Source: Psammoneis japonica
Lineage: Eukaryota
Assembly (NCBI GenBank): GCA_008632985.1
Contig: QPGO01000295.1
Location: 1 to 64,000 of the forward strand
Direction: 5' to 3'
Length of the DNA stretch: 64,000 bases
Shown here: piece after piece, positions 48,945 through 61,334 of the stretch
Numbering within the stretch: position 1 is the stretch's first letter
Layout: the number at the start of each line of letters is the position of its first letter
Translations under genes and position numbers: made by a program
The notes under the pieces: generated by a model
Told to the model about the DNA's origin: nothing
Seen by the model: the letters and a program-made list of their open reading frames with translations, nothing else
The model's database searches: none

Positions 48945-50517
48945 TCTCATGGCAGAATCCTGACATTTGTCAACAATGCACCAATCACATGGCACAGAAA
49001 ATGGCAGAACACAGCAGAGTTGGCAACTTTTGGCGGCAAGTTGGCTGCAGTGCAGATTTGCAAGGAGTTGTTTGTTGCTTTGCATCACAAGATTTGCACG
49101 TTTGGAGCACCTCTTGAGGGTCCAGCAAGTGTCTTTTTGCGACAATCATGGTGTCATGCATGTGGAATGGAAGTGTCCCCAAATCGGTCTTGCACAAGAA
49201 GCACAATGTCATCATCTGTCATGTGGTGTGAGAAGCGGTTGCAGAGGGCATCATTCATGTTTGGAAAGAGGGCGCAGAAACAAACCTGGCAGATCTGCTG
49301 CAAAGAAGGTCACAGGAGAGCGGCGTTGGAAACTTTGCTCTTGTGTCTTTGGGCAAATGTCCCAACACCAAGGTCAGACACCTGTGGCTTGCGCCCACAT
49401 GCTTTGACCTCCCAAGCCAGCATTGCTGGTGGTTTAATTTGGGTTTCTGTGGTTTGCCTCTCTGTGAGAGGATGTCGCACGCAGACAAATCAGTGTTGTC
49501 ATTGCCAATTTTGCGGGGACCAAATGAATTTGGATGGAGTGGTCTGTCCCTGGATGGGACAGTTGCAAAGTCACAATTCAGAGGTGCGCTCACGTGCGAA
49601 CAATCCAATCAGCTCAGGTTTGCACTGACACTGTTGCCACTTGCTTTGGGTGTGAGGCATTGCTTTTGCTCTTTTGTTGCATTGAGATTTGTTCAACTGA
49701 AAACAGAATGAGACAGCCAGTCTGGCAAGGAGACAGCATCCATGGTGGCAGTCATTTCTGGGTCACAGCAGTGCAAACATTGAAACAGCAACCACTGATT
49801 CAACTGATTTGCAGCACACAGCTTTGCACCCCTGTGAAAATTGGACACCAAAATGAGACACAAGCACACAAACAATTGTGGTTGATGAGTTTTGCAGAGA
49901 TCTGGAGTTTGCAAAAAATCACCACGTGCAACATCTGGTGTCCTGTCACAGTGAAAAAAAAAACTGTGAGAAAGGCACCCTTGATCACTGGAATGCACGC
50001 TCTGACAAACAATTGTTCCACAATGACAGCGACACTGAAACACCAACATGAGTCTTGCCAGTGTTGCCAAACATCAAAATTTGGATGAGTCTGCACTTTT
50101 GGTGGTGAAAGGTTGTTTGCAAGTCAGAGACAGTGCAAAAATCATGCAAATGTTGTTGTTTTTGTGCATGCTGTGAGTCATGTGCGGCTGGAGCACATCA
50201 CGTCCTGGCCTGAATGCACCATCTTTTCTTAAAAACAGAGTGTTTGTTGACTCACATGCTTCAAGCTCTGGGCTTGAGCCCTGGCTCAAAAATCCAATTT
50301 CTTGTCCACAGCGATGTGCAACAGAGCCCCGCTTGCCCAATCTTCTGTTGCTGTCATCTGGGCATCTCAACACATCATCCCCATCAGAAACCATGGAGAG
50401 TTGATGCTGACGGCTGACAAACAAGCACCTTTGCCCATCATCATCATGGGTGGAATGGGCATGGGTGCCAAACCTTCCCTGGCACCTTGCCTTCTTTGTC
50501 AGGCTTGCCAATTTTGT

Positions 50518-50923
50518 GGTGTGCTCAAGTTCCAGGTGGGACCTTGCACTGCTGAGCTGCAACACCAAGAGTTTTTTGGATTGTGCCCCATGTCACGCAC
50601 TCACATTTCTGCCTGTGATCTCATGCAAAATTGTTTCATGCTCCCCATTTTGCAAAGCCAAAGGCCCTCCATTTTCCACATTTGTGGGAATGAAAACATG
50701 CTGGGTGCATTCCTTCACGGCTGAAGAACATGCCTGGGCAAACCACAGATGATGCACCTCAAGTGTGGAGGAGGAGATGCGCTTGCAAAATTGCTTCTGT
50801 TTTTGTTGGCAATCATTCATGCATTCATTGCTTTGCAATCTTGCTGTGGAGCTTGTGTGCAGAACTCCGAGGGCCCAATGTCACAAACAGCCCCACCCAG
50901 CTGCCGGCAGGACTGGAGCCGTC
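50518..50923. mobile_element. GACG-TIR MITE, degenerate
   Basis: ttgt|ggtgtgctcaagttccaggtggg ... ctggagccgtc|ttgt. Confidence 0.75.
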
Positions 50924-51333
50924 TTGTTGCTCTGTTTTGTGAGTGGGGACTCCTCCTTCCATGTGCCACACAGCACATTCAGTCACAGTGCTCCCAACAC
51001 ACCAGGGGCTATGAACAATTTTACGTAAACACCTTCAACATGCTCAACGGGAAAGCCAACGATTTAGTGAGAAGCCGAGCTCGAGCCGACGAGCAGGCCA
51101 TCACTTGTCCATGGCCGATCAATCAAGAATGCGGACGGACAGACTGCTCTCTTTTAGCTGGCTAGAGAGCACACAGGTCCTACTTAGCACCAACCCTATG
51201 CCAAACGACGTGAGAGAAGAGGCGGACATTGACAAGGTACTTTTTCGTCATTAGCAGGCTCCAGGAGAGGCAATGAACTGCCAGTTTTCTATGCCTATAG
51301 AACTTTAAATGGAACGCGTGGGATGTAGTTTCT

Positions 51334-54167
51334 TCAAAAGACCACGGTCACGTCAGGTGAACAGGTCGAACCACCCGCATCACACACTGTGTAAACGTAG
51401 CTCGCGCCTCCTTTTTGGCCAGTGTTGTCCATGTAAAATCCATCATTTTGGGTGGTTGTGACCAATGCACTATTTCGATAGATTTCAACATTGCTTGTGG
51501 TAGCACCAGAGAAAGTTAAGTCACAGACGTTGAATCCTTTTTCCTTGCGGGTCGTGATATTCAGGGTAATTGGGCCTCCTGTAGGTGGGGCGGGGACAAC
51601 TACCTGGGCAACGTTGGACCATGCAGAATTTCCATCTGTATTGTAGGCTCTCACGCGATAGTCATACGTAGCGGAAGGCAAAACGTCAAAGTCCACCGAA
51701 GAAGCGGTCACGGTCGTGGCGCTGGGGACCCAGGTCGTTCCACCATCCTCGCTACGTTCAACTTCAAAACCCAACTCATCTATAGAGTTGTCGTTCCAGG
51801 TGAGCTGCACTTCGGTGCTCTCTGGTGCCACTGCCACCAAGTTGGACGGAGCTGATGGTGGACTGCCACCGCCAGTACTCACGAAAGCCTTGATGAAAAG
51901 CTGGTCAACGTAGACAGTGTCAAGAGTCCGCTCTCCCTGGACACGATTAGCATCAAGTACTCGCACTCTTACATCGCTGACACCAGACCCCGAAATAAGT
52001 TTCGTGTAGGTGCTTGCGGAATTGCTGTTTACGACAAACAATCTTGAAAAGCTGTTTCCTCCATCCAGGGAGACGTCAAAATTGAAAGCTTCTTCGCCTT
52101 GGTGCCACGCTGTGGCAGTTACGGTGGCATGATCCCATCCGTTTGGAAGGCTGAAATACCATTCATGAGACAATCGGGAAATACGACGACTAGGATTGCC
52201 ACTAGATTCTTCTTCACGGATGGATTCAGCATTGCCATCTGCGGCATCAAGGCGCGCGAGAGAACCAGTCACCGTTCCAAAACTGTTGGTCTCGGTCGAA
52301 GGGAACACTTCAACATTATCACTCGTTGTGGCAGACACGGTGGGCGATGGGCTTGTAGAGCTTAGTCCTTTTTGAGCTGTAACGTTGTAGGAGTACTCCG
52401 TTGCCAACTGGAGATCAGTGTCCGTGAACGTCGTTTCAGAGACCTGCCAGCTTCCTCCACTCAACCTCTCAACAACATAGGAGTCCGCTCCATCAATTTC
52501 CCCCCAATTTAGCCGAATTTCACTTCCAGAAAGGGCCGCTGCCGTCACAGAGCCCATTGCCGGCGCTGTAAGTGTTGCTTGGCCAACGTTTGAATATTCA
52601 GAGGAACCACCGCCATTGACGGCACGAACACGGTAAGAGTTGGTCGTCCATGGCGCTGTAATGTCGCTGAAAGAGGTGACATCACTTGCAAGAGACTCGA
52701 TTTCCTCCCATGGACCCTGACCAATGTATCGCTCCAGCCTGAAGGTCTCTTCATTGGAGGAGTTATCTTGCCAGGAAATTAAAATTTCGTTTGCGCCGAC
52801 GGTGGTGGCCTCCAAGTTCGAAGGTGCATTCGGGGCGGGAACAGTCACCGAAGCTCGAAACGCGGCCGTGATGGCCATGGTGTTGCGGATGCTTTCAGCA
52901 TTGTTGGCAGTTTCGGTACCAGCTACCGCGCCTTCGTAGGTAAGGTTAGGACTGGAAAACAAATTCTGGCGAGTTGCCCCGGTGCAGCCGTAGGCCATGA
53001 TAGTGCGAAAGTAGGGGGGAGGGAGACTGCCATCGTTACATACACGGTAACCGTAGGAATAAGGATATGCGGCACTTCCCCCGTTTTCGATGTTATGGGT
53101 AGAACCTTATTTATAAATGAAGCAATGAAAACGGGATGAGAAAATGGGAGAGAATGAGACAATGGAAAAATAATGAACGTACCTTGATTGTGGCCGATTT
53201 CGTGGGTGAAGGTCAATCCGGAAATGCAACTTGAAAATGTCACGCTGAAGGCATAAGGAGCAAAGTCTGAGCTATCACTCGTCATGACATAAGCAATTCC
53301 ACAATAGTTATTGTCTTCCGATATCATGGCGACAAGATCTGCACCATATTGATCCCTAACGGAGTGCACTTCATCCATAAAGCCATCGCCGGGAGTTCTC
53401 AAGCGACTGAGAGTGAGACCCATGTCACCTGTTTCTGTATAGCCGACCTCATACATGTACACAAGATTCAGCTCGAGGTTGATTTGACTGTTGATATAGC
53501 CTTGGTTTGCAAGTTGGATAGCTTCCACGATCTTAGCTTCAATTCCCGCGATGCCACCATACCTGGTTCGGCTGGCTGGCGTGTATACCACCATAATGTC
53601 TTGTACTGTGTTCCAGAGTGACTTGCTCCCTCCGTGTGAATCCGAAGTGTCAAGACTGGTCTGCTCGCTGATGGTGTCTCCGTCGGTTGCTCCACGGAGG
53701 AGCCTGCGAGAAGCGGGCGGGAACAGTTCCTTCGTTGGAGGAAGCTTGTCTTCGTCAATCTGCGCAAAGATTGCCGTTCCACCCTGTTCCGACGAAATCT
53801 CGAATATCTCAGAGACGCCGTAAACGATGGAACCGGAAATTGCTCCTTTGTGGAAGCTAAAGGAGGCCACACTGTTAGGAAAGCCGACGACCTGACCCAT
53901 CCAGGTGTGTTCGCCGCGCTTGCCAATTACGGTGCGGTCCTGGCGAAGAGTCAAGGGGGCACTGCCATCTTCGAAGAGATCAACGAGGATAGTAGCGGCG
54001 TTGAGACTTCCTCGATTCAAGCGAATCTGGTCGACGTGTCCTGGGACGTGATACGGAGAGGCCTTCGAGGGCGCCGGCATTCGGGAGCTGAAGAGCGGAA
54101 CGGCGTCCTTATTGTTTGCCGCTGCCGACCCTAGCAACAAGGCAAAGGCAAAGACACGGGGGAGCAT
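51334..54167 (-). CDS. Secreted reprolysin-like (M12B) zinc metalloprotease with fibronectin type III domains; exons 54167-53183 and 53105-51334 (~918 aa)
   Basis: Signal peptide MLPRVFAFALLLGSAAA; removing a 77-bp GT-AG intron (53106-53182) restores HEIGHNQGSTH (HExxHxxGxxH); Met-turn TIMAY; FN3 repeats APSNL...W.DNS...YRVRA.N. Confidence 0.9.
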
Positions 54168-54589
54168 CGTTTTGCTTGAATAAGATCAAAAGTTGGATCA
54201 AGAAGACACGATGGGAGGAGAAAGGTGATGTTGTTTTTTATGGGCTTCACGCCGTTTCTACCAGGAGAAATCGGATGTAAAAAATGAGGTCATTGATGGC
54301 TGGCATTTTGTATGTTCTGAGAGACGTAGAATGTACTGTACGTGCAACATGGAACATAGAACTTGGTCATGGTCATAAATGAATGAATATTTCATATGAA
54401 CGGTCATTCCGTTTACAGCATTAGATTTATGCTGCACCGCACCGTCCGCGAATTTTTATAAGTCATGCGTATTCATACAATTACAACGGAAATTTTGGCC
54501 TGCGTGATTTGTAGTTCGTAACGGTTATCCGTTGAATTTAGTCTTGTTTGGCAAAGAACACCTTTTACGTATGTTTTAAGTCGTTGGGG

Positions 54590-54990
54590 CTGGTGATGAC
54601 TTATGATGACTCTATGATAACTTATGATTACTTTTGATGACTAATGATTACTTATGATTACTTGTGGTTACTTATGATTCCTTTTGATTACTTATGATTA
54701 CTTATATGATTACTTTAAAAAGTCGAGTGTGTCTGTCTTGTGCAAAAAATATCATGTTAACGGTCAGATTTAAAGGGCTGTTGTGTCAGTTTGTCTGTGG
54801 ACATTTGTCTTTATTACTTACGGTTACTTGTGATTATTTATGATTACTCATGATTAATTATGATGACTTATGATGACTTTTGATTACTTGTGATTACTTT
54901 TCATCACTCATTATTACTTTTGATTACTTTTGATTACAAATGATAAGTTAACGTCTTTCTGCGACCAACTCTCGATTGACATTTAACGAT
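54590..54990 (-). repeat. TA-rich 10-bp minisatellite element (tgattactta-type), relative of 24240-24645
   Basis: Arrays at ~54595-54715 and ~54825-54945; flanks shared with the ~24300 element. Confidence 0.8.
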
Positions 54991-54993
54991 TAA

Positions 54994-56232
54994 GGGTGGG
55001 AAATCCCTTGTGTTTTTGACATGTGAATGCAAACACATGAAAAATAACTGACGTTTTAAGGCGGGTCATCCCCCACTTTTTTTAGCTCGAATTTGGCCGA
55101 ACAGCTCGTGATTTGCATGATTTTTCTTGAATTTCACCGCGCTTCACCGTGGTGAAAACATCAAGCCACAAGTCTGTGACGGAGGTGGGCCGTGCGTCAA
55201 CTTTCATTTGTTTTGTGCTTGTTGTGTGTCTGGGGTCGCACACACATCAAATGTTTGCGCACGGACCGCTGCATTTTTGGACTTGTGTCGACATTGCCGT
55301 CATCATCGTGCTTCGATCACAGTGTCTGATGTTCTCATTTTCATGCACGATCGGGGGTGAATGTGGGCAATTTTTGCATTCAAAAACAAACACTGCAAAT
55401 GTCCTCATTCAAATGCCACGACAATTTCTGGGACAAATGCGGGGATGACCCACCTTGAGGCGGGTCACCCCCATGTTTGTCCCAGAATTGCCGTTGTTGC
55501 ATTTGTGTGAGATTTTTTGCAGTGCTTGTTTTTGAATGCAACAATTGTTCATGGTCACACCTGATCGCGCACGAAAATGAGAACCATCAACACCACGATC
55601 GAAGCACGACGATGACAACAATCATCGACATTTCTCAAAAACGCAGCGTGCCGTCTGTCAACTTTTCATGCATGCACAATCTTTGATGCACAACAAACAC
55701 AAAACAAATGAGAGTTGGCAGACGGACCACCTCCGTCACAGACTTGTGGCTTGTTGTTTTCACCACAGTGAAGCACGGTGAAATTCAGGAAAAATCATGC
55801 AAAATGCGAGCTGTTCGACCAAATTCGAGCTAAAAAAAGTGGCGACTGACCCGCCTTGATCATTTGTGATGCAAATGTGGAAAAAACACACCGACGCGTT
55901 CTGCGCTCACCGTGCAAACAGCACGACAATGGACGAAATGCCATTCGTTCTCGAAAACTGACAGGGGTGGCCTCCAACTTTTTTCACAGTGTGTCGCATT
56001 TGACATGGTCAACAAACTCATGAAGAAAGTTGGAGGCCTCCAAACCTGCACTGCGTTCAATGGACGGCATTTCGGCCATTGTCGTGTTGTTTGCACGGTG
56101 AGCTCAGCATTCGCTCTCCAGCCTTTTGAACATTTTTCCACAAATTGCACGCATTTGTGAAAAACACTGTCTTGTTTCAGACATTTTTTGTTTGAAATTT
56201 CTAAAATTCACAAAAAAAGAGGGTTCCCAGCC
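54994..56232. mobile_element. TTAA-targeting MITE hosting two further MITEs
   Basis: ttaa|gggtgggaaatccc ... gggttcccagcc|tcaa. Confidence 0.6.
55060..55855. mobile_element. Two ~395-bp TTAA-site MITEs in inverted tandem (55060-55454 and 55459-55855)
   Basis: ttaa|ggcgggtca ... tgacccacc|ttga|ggcgggtca ... tgacccgcc|ttga; the second copy is an imperfect reverse complement of the first. Confidence 0.88.
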
Positions 56233-56449
56233 TCAAAACCATTGGCAATTTGGTGAGCACAGAATGTGTCTTGTCGCTGAAGCAGTGCTGACCTTCACAA
56301 CATTTCTGTGCATCAGTCCGTTGGGTTCACATGAAAAATGTTAACCTTCATAACATTTTTGTGCATTGGTCCGTTGGGTTCACATGAATGCATGGGGAAA
56401 TAAAAATTCGCTGACGGTGCAGGCATCCATCATTGTGTTCATGATGTTG

Positions 56450-56845
56450 GACGCGTTCCAGCCCCAGGTGGGAGCTCGCAGCACTGACATGTGACACAAA
56501 CAATTTTTGTCATCCGTCGCATGTTTTGCACGTGCATTTCTGCGTGTGATGTTTAAAAAAAATTGTCCAGACTCACTGTTTTGTGAAGCCCCAGACACTT
56601 CACACAACAAATTTGCAGAAACGATGATGCGCCAGTTGCATTCTTCAATGTCTGAAGAGTGCAACTGGCCAAGCAAAAAGCGATGTGCTTCAATCATGGG
56701 CAAGTTTGTGCATTTGCAAAATTGCCTCATTTTCTGTTGGCGATCATTGGCACTTTAACTGCCATGTGCTTTTGCTGCGGAGCTCGCACGTGGAATTCTG
56801 CGGGCCCAATGTCACACGGATTCCCACCTGGGTCTGGAACACGTC
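56450..56845. mobile_element. GACG-TIR MITE
   Basis: gttg|gacgcgttccag ... ctggaacacgtc|gttg. Confidence 0.9.
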
Positions 56846-57725
56846 GTTGTGCCAGCAGGGTCCTGTTGTTTTTATGGGCTTGAGGCCGGTGTTGTGCTGA
56901 GAGACGTGGATTCTGTCTGCAGCACTGGCACAGAGCATGATCAAGGTCAATGATGAATGGACATTTCTTGGCAGTCACGGTCTTCAATGAATGGACATTT
57001 CCTGTGAACGATCATTCTGCAAGGTCAAACAAGACAAAGACTTTAGAGTTGGCAAAAATTGTGAGCGAAAGACCAAGGCAACCAGGTTGCTGTCAGCGAA
57101 GCCCGCTGCAATGGCTCTTGTCATGTCTCACAGAATCATCAATGCTTTTCTGCGCAAGCACACATTGGCAGTTTTTGTGAGGAATTCCACGGGTTTTTTG
57201 CACCAAGCAGCCATCACCATGACGACCCCTCCTCCACCGCAGGCTGGCCCCGCCGGTGCTCCTCTTCCGGATCTTCCTCCCATTGTGGATCGCACTCCAT
57301 CAACCCCAACAAGAGCTGGCTCAAAAAAGCTCAACGTGATTGGCCCAAAAGAAATTGCCACCCGATTTGAGTTGACATTGGCAGAGGACAATGCCCCTGC
57401 AGTCCCAGCTGAGGGTCACACCAACACCCTCCATGCCCTTCAGCAAAAGGTGTCCCAAGATCCGTTGATGCACAAAATCTCCATCATGTCGAATCGTGGT
57501 GTTGATGTCCCCAATGTCAACATCATTGAATGGAGTTCTGGACTGACGCACTTGCAACATTTTGTTTTACACCAAGTCGGAGGCACCCGCCGCCGCCCTC
57601 CTGCGTGCATCATCACTCACTGCATCTGCACTGCCTTGGCTCTTGCCAAAATCAGGAACACACCCTTTGCACACAAAGTCCTTAAAGACAATGGCTTTCA
57701 CATGAAATGTCATGAATGTGACAAG

Positions 57726-58110
57726 GACGCGTTCCAGCCCTAGGTGGGACTCCGTGTGACATTGGGCCCCGTAGAATTCTACGTGCGAGCTCCGTAGTAC
57801 GAGAATTTAATTAATGGACACATTTATCTTCAACATCAAATAAACGGCCAAGTTTGTGGTACAATTATGCCTCTTACCACTCGACGTTTTTGCAACTTCG
57901 CCTGCCCTACGCGATTCTTAAGACATTGTAGAATCGCGCTGTAACAAAAAATGTCAAAAGTTGTTGGACGGATCGCTCAATAAGTGTACCGTAAAATGAC
58001 ACAAAATATCGAAAAAATCACGTAGAAATCTACGTGCGCGACATACGACGAGACTCAAAAAACTATCGATGTCACAGTTCAGTAGTACGAGGTCCCACCT
58101 AGACCTGGAA
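57726..58110. mobile_element. Young, nearly unmutated GACG-TIR MITE (right terminus clipped)
   Basis: gacgcgttccagccctaggtgggac ... gtcccacctagacctggaa; TA-rich. Confidence 0.9.
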
Positions 58111-60942
58111 TCTTGTGCTGCTCTTCTCCTGGATTTTGTGCCTGAGCACTGCCCTGCGGACATTGTTCAGAAATGACTTGTGTCAATTCCACCCCCCTGC
58201 AGTTGCTCCAAGGTTCCTTTCCGGTTGATTGTTCAATCGGCATCTTCCCCAATTGACAAGGACATCAAATCGACTCATTGTGCCATTGAGACCCCACGAG
58301 ACTGCGCCAAGGACATGATTGCAGCCCTGATGGAAGCATTGGAGGATCGTCCATTGGCGGCAATTTTCACCTGCTGGCAGCACACTCAACCAGAACAATT
58401 CGACAAAGCAGCGCGCAAGCAACGAAAAACCTCCGCAAAAATTCACGTGATCCCATTGCTTCGCTGCAAGGACAGGATGCATTTTTGTGTGTCCAGTGCA
58501 ACTTCCATGATTCCAGGGGCAGTGGACGTTGTCCCCTCAAAGAAGAAAATCTCAGTCCCACGTTGCAACATTCTCGTGGACAAACAGTGCTTTCGAAAAG
58601 TCAAAGAGCACATTGCAGAAAACCTCTCAGGCTGGACGAACCATCTTCCAGAAAACGAATTGCCGTTCATTCACCAACCTCGCCCAACAAATCCTGGTGT
58701 CAACAACGATGTCTCGGACACTGTTCAGTCAATTGCCTTGGCTGGCATCCAAAGCTGGAAGTCTCTGGGACATTTCTGACATTTCTCCTTCTGACTCACA
58801 AGCTCCTGCTGAATCCGCAACACAGCCAGCACCTCCACTGGTTCCGCGAAATGTTGGGATTGTTGGCGGCTTTCAGATGTTTGCACAAGCCCTGGAAAGT
58901 TCCACCAGTGTGGCAGTCCCCACAGCAACCCCCACTTTGGAGTTGACATCTCATGCCAACAAAACAGCTGAGCTTGAACAGATGGTGCTTCAACATCATC
59001 AGGAGCAGGATCATTGGTCAGAGCTGCTAGAATGACAACATCAAGCATCTCTTGTGCAGCTGGCTTCCAAGTTTCAAGATTTGATTCAGGAAACCATTTC
59101 ACCCATGATGACTCCGGGAGCTTCATCTCCTCAGAGGAAGAAACCTGCACTCTCAGCCCCAGCAGGCTCTTCATCTCACCATCCTCCCAACGACACTGCC
59201 GCGGATGACGTGGATCAAGAAGACTCAGTTTTTCCTGAGGCAGGGCCAGTCATCCAACCTGCCCATTTCCCAAGATGCATGCACCTGTCGTGCTGTTCAG
59301 TCTTTCTTCGAGAAAGCACGGCATCACACCCAGGGGTGATGCCCCTTTGGTGGCAGTTGGTCCCGCTGCCCAGCAGTTGACCCAGATGTTGTCAGGCAGA
59401 AGTTTTGCACCTCCCTCCAGCACTGTTGATCACACTGCTCTGGCACAGAATGACCTGATTGGTGATCCGCTGGGACCCAAATCACCAGACCAAACATGTT
59501 TGCACGCGTTTGATGCAAATGGATGTGCTTGTGACCTGCAAGGCAGAGACTTCAACACCTGTTCTCAAGTCACTGCGGAAACACAGGCAGACACAGTTGG
59601 AATTTCCGAAACTTGTTTGGGCACAATGCAATGCAAAGTTCGACAGAGTTGCACAAACACAGTTTGCCAATCTTTCCAACACGGCCATCTGACATTGTCA
59701 TCCTCCAAGACTGCCTTTTCCATCCCTTGCAAACCTGGTGGCACCGCCTTGCTTTCATGCAATTCTTTGTCTTCACAATGCCATGCACAATGTGAAGATC
59801 TTCTCGGGAGATGGTCGATCCAAATTTTTGATGGACGCCATGGACGGCAAGTTGTGTTTGTGTCGTGTCATCAAGTGTGCTTTGGCTCTTCTGTTGCAGG
59901 TGAAACAACAGCTTGCGCAAAACAGGAAGCATTGCTTTGACGACAAGGACGCGCAAATCCCGACACAAGATGATCATTTTGCACGGATCTGACCCGCATC
60001 CTAGAGCGGTTTCTCGATGATCCAGACCAAGAGGTTGCGCTGTTTGGAGATTTTGGCACTGACAATGACACCCTTGCTTCCATGGCGCAACGGTTCAACA
60101 TGTCGGACGTGATGTGTTGCCATCAGGAAGATCTTGAATTTTCCATGCATGTGAGAGGATCTTGTCAGCTGGGCTGCATTCCAGCAACTCCAGGAGCTTT
60201 GGCTGCATCAAGAAGGTGTGGGTGCAAATCATTTGGTTGTCACACATCCTTGGATCATTGAGCTCATTTTGTCAGCTTTGACACTGTGGCATTGTTTGGC
60301 AACCCTGCCGTCAACTTGCCTCGTGCCGAACATCGAGGCTTGCAAGCAAATTCTCCGAAACACGCAACTGCACATTTGGAGACAATGGCTCCCCTCCTGC
60401 AAAGTTGCAGTGTCAAGGAGCAAACCAAAGCACTGGCACAGTCTGAGACGCCAAATCACAGACTCACAGAGAGACTCAGCCGCAACAGTCTGCAGCTCTC
60501 ATTGTCTTCTGCGAAGCATTGTTGACGTCACAACAAACCAGAATGGTCAGCAAAATTGGCCAGTCTCTGCAGACAGATTTTGGTGTTGTCCAGGATGATG
60601 TCCATGTTTTGCGCCAAGGTTGACATGGCACCAATGATTCCATGTGCTGAGTTTGATCTCAAAGAGTCCTTTGTTCTTCCAACCACCTTACAAGAATGTG
60701 CCACAGCTCTACAAAAGGCTCAGTCAGAGTGCCGTCAGGTGGCAAGAGAGAGTCAGAAACACCAAGATGAAGAATGAGACGCCCGCATCGCCAAACTTGA
60801 ATTAGACTGCACCAAACAGTCAAAAGCCAAAGCACAAATCCTGCGCAATCAACGCTGTGCAGAAGAAACTGAGCGGGCATTTAAGAAAACCAACGCTTGC
60901 AAAAAGACGGAAGGAGCCAGTGCACAAACCATTCAAATCCCT

Positions 60943-61334
60943 GACGCGTTCCAGCTCTGGGTGGGACCTTGCACCACTGAACTGTGACATTGACAGTTTT
61001 TTTGGATCGCGCCGCATGTCGCGCACGTAGAATTGCACAAGACTTTTGTGAAATTTTGTGTCATTTTGTGGTGCACTTGTTGAGCGATCCGTCCAACAAC
61101 TTTTGACATTTTTTTGTTACAGCGCGATTCTGCAATGTCTTAAGAATTGCGCAGGGCAGGCACATTTGCAAAAATGTCAAGTGGCAAGAGGCACAATTGC
61201 ACCACAAACTTGGCCGTTTGTTTGATGTTGAAGATGAACACATCCGTTGATTAAATTCTTGCACTGCGGAGCTCGCACGCAGAACTCTGCGGGCCCAATG
61301 TCACACGGAGTCCCACCCAGGACTGGAACCCGTC
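60943..61334. mobile_element. GACG-TIR MITE (opposite orientation to 57726), heavily TA-mutated
   Basis: ccct|gacgcgttccag ... ctggaacccgtc|ccct; removal restores LINE peptide IQIPEDP. Confidence 0.93.

Larger units (their letters stand above)
40575..49695 (+). mobile_element. Ty1/copia copy 2, related to copy 1, decayed and carrying nested MITEs; LTRs 40575-40752 and 49521-49695
   Basis: Colinear gag/pol fragments (KKVPKRLWDFGL, RKARFVAGGHTT); matching LTRs; same ctttgtcagagcca PBS-like sequence. Confidence 0.9.
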
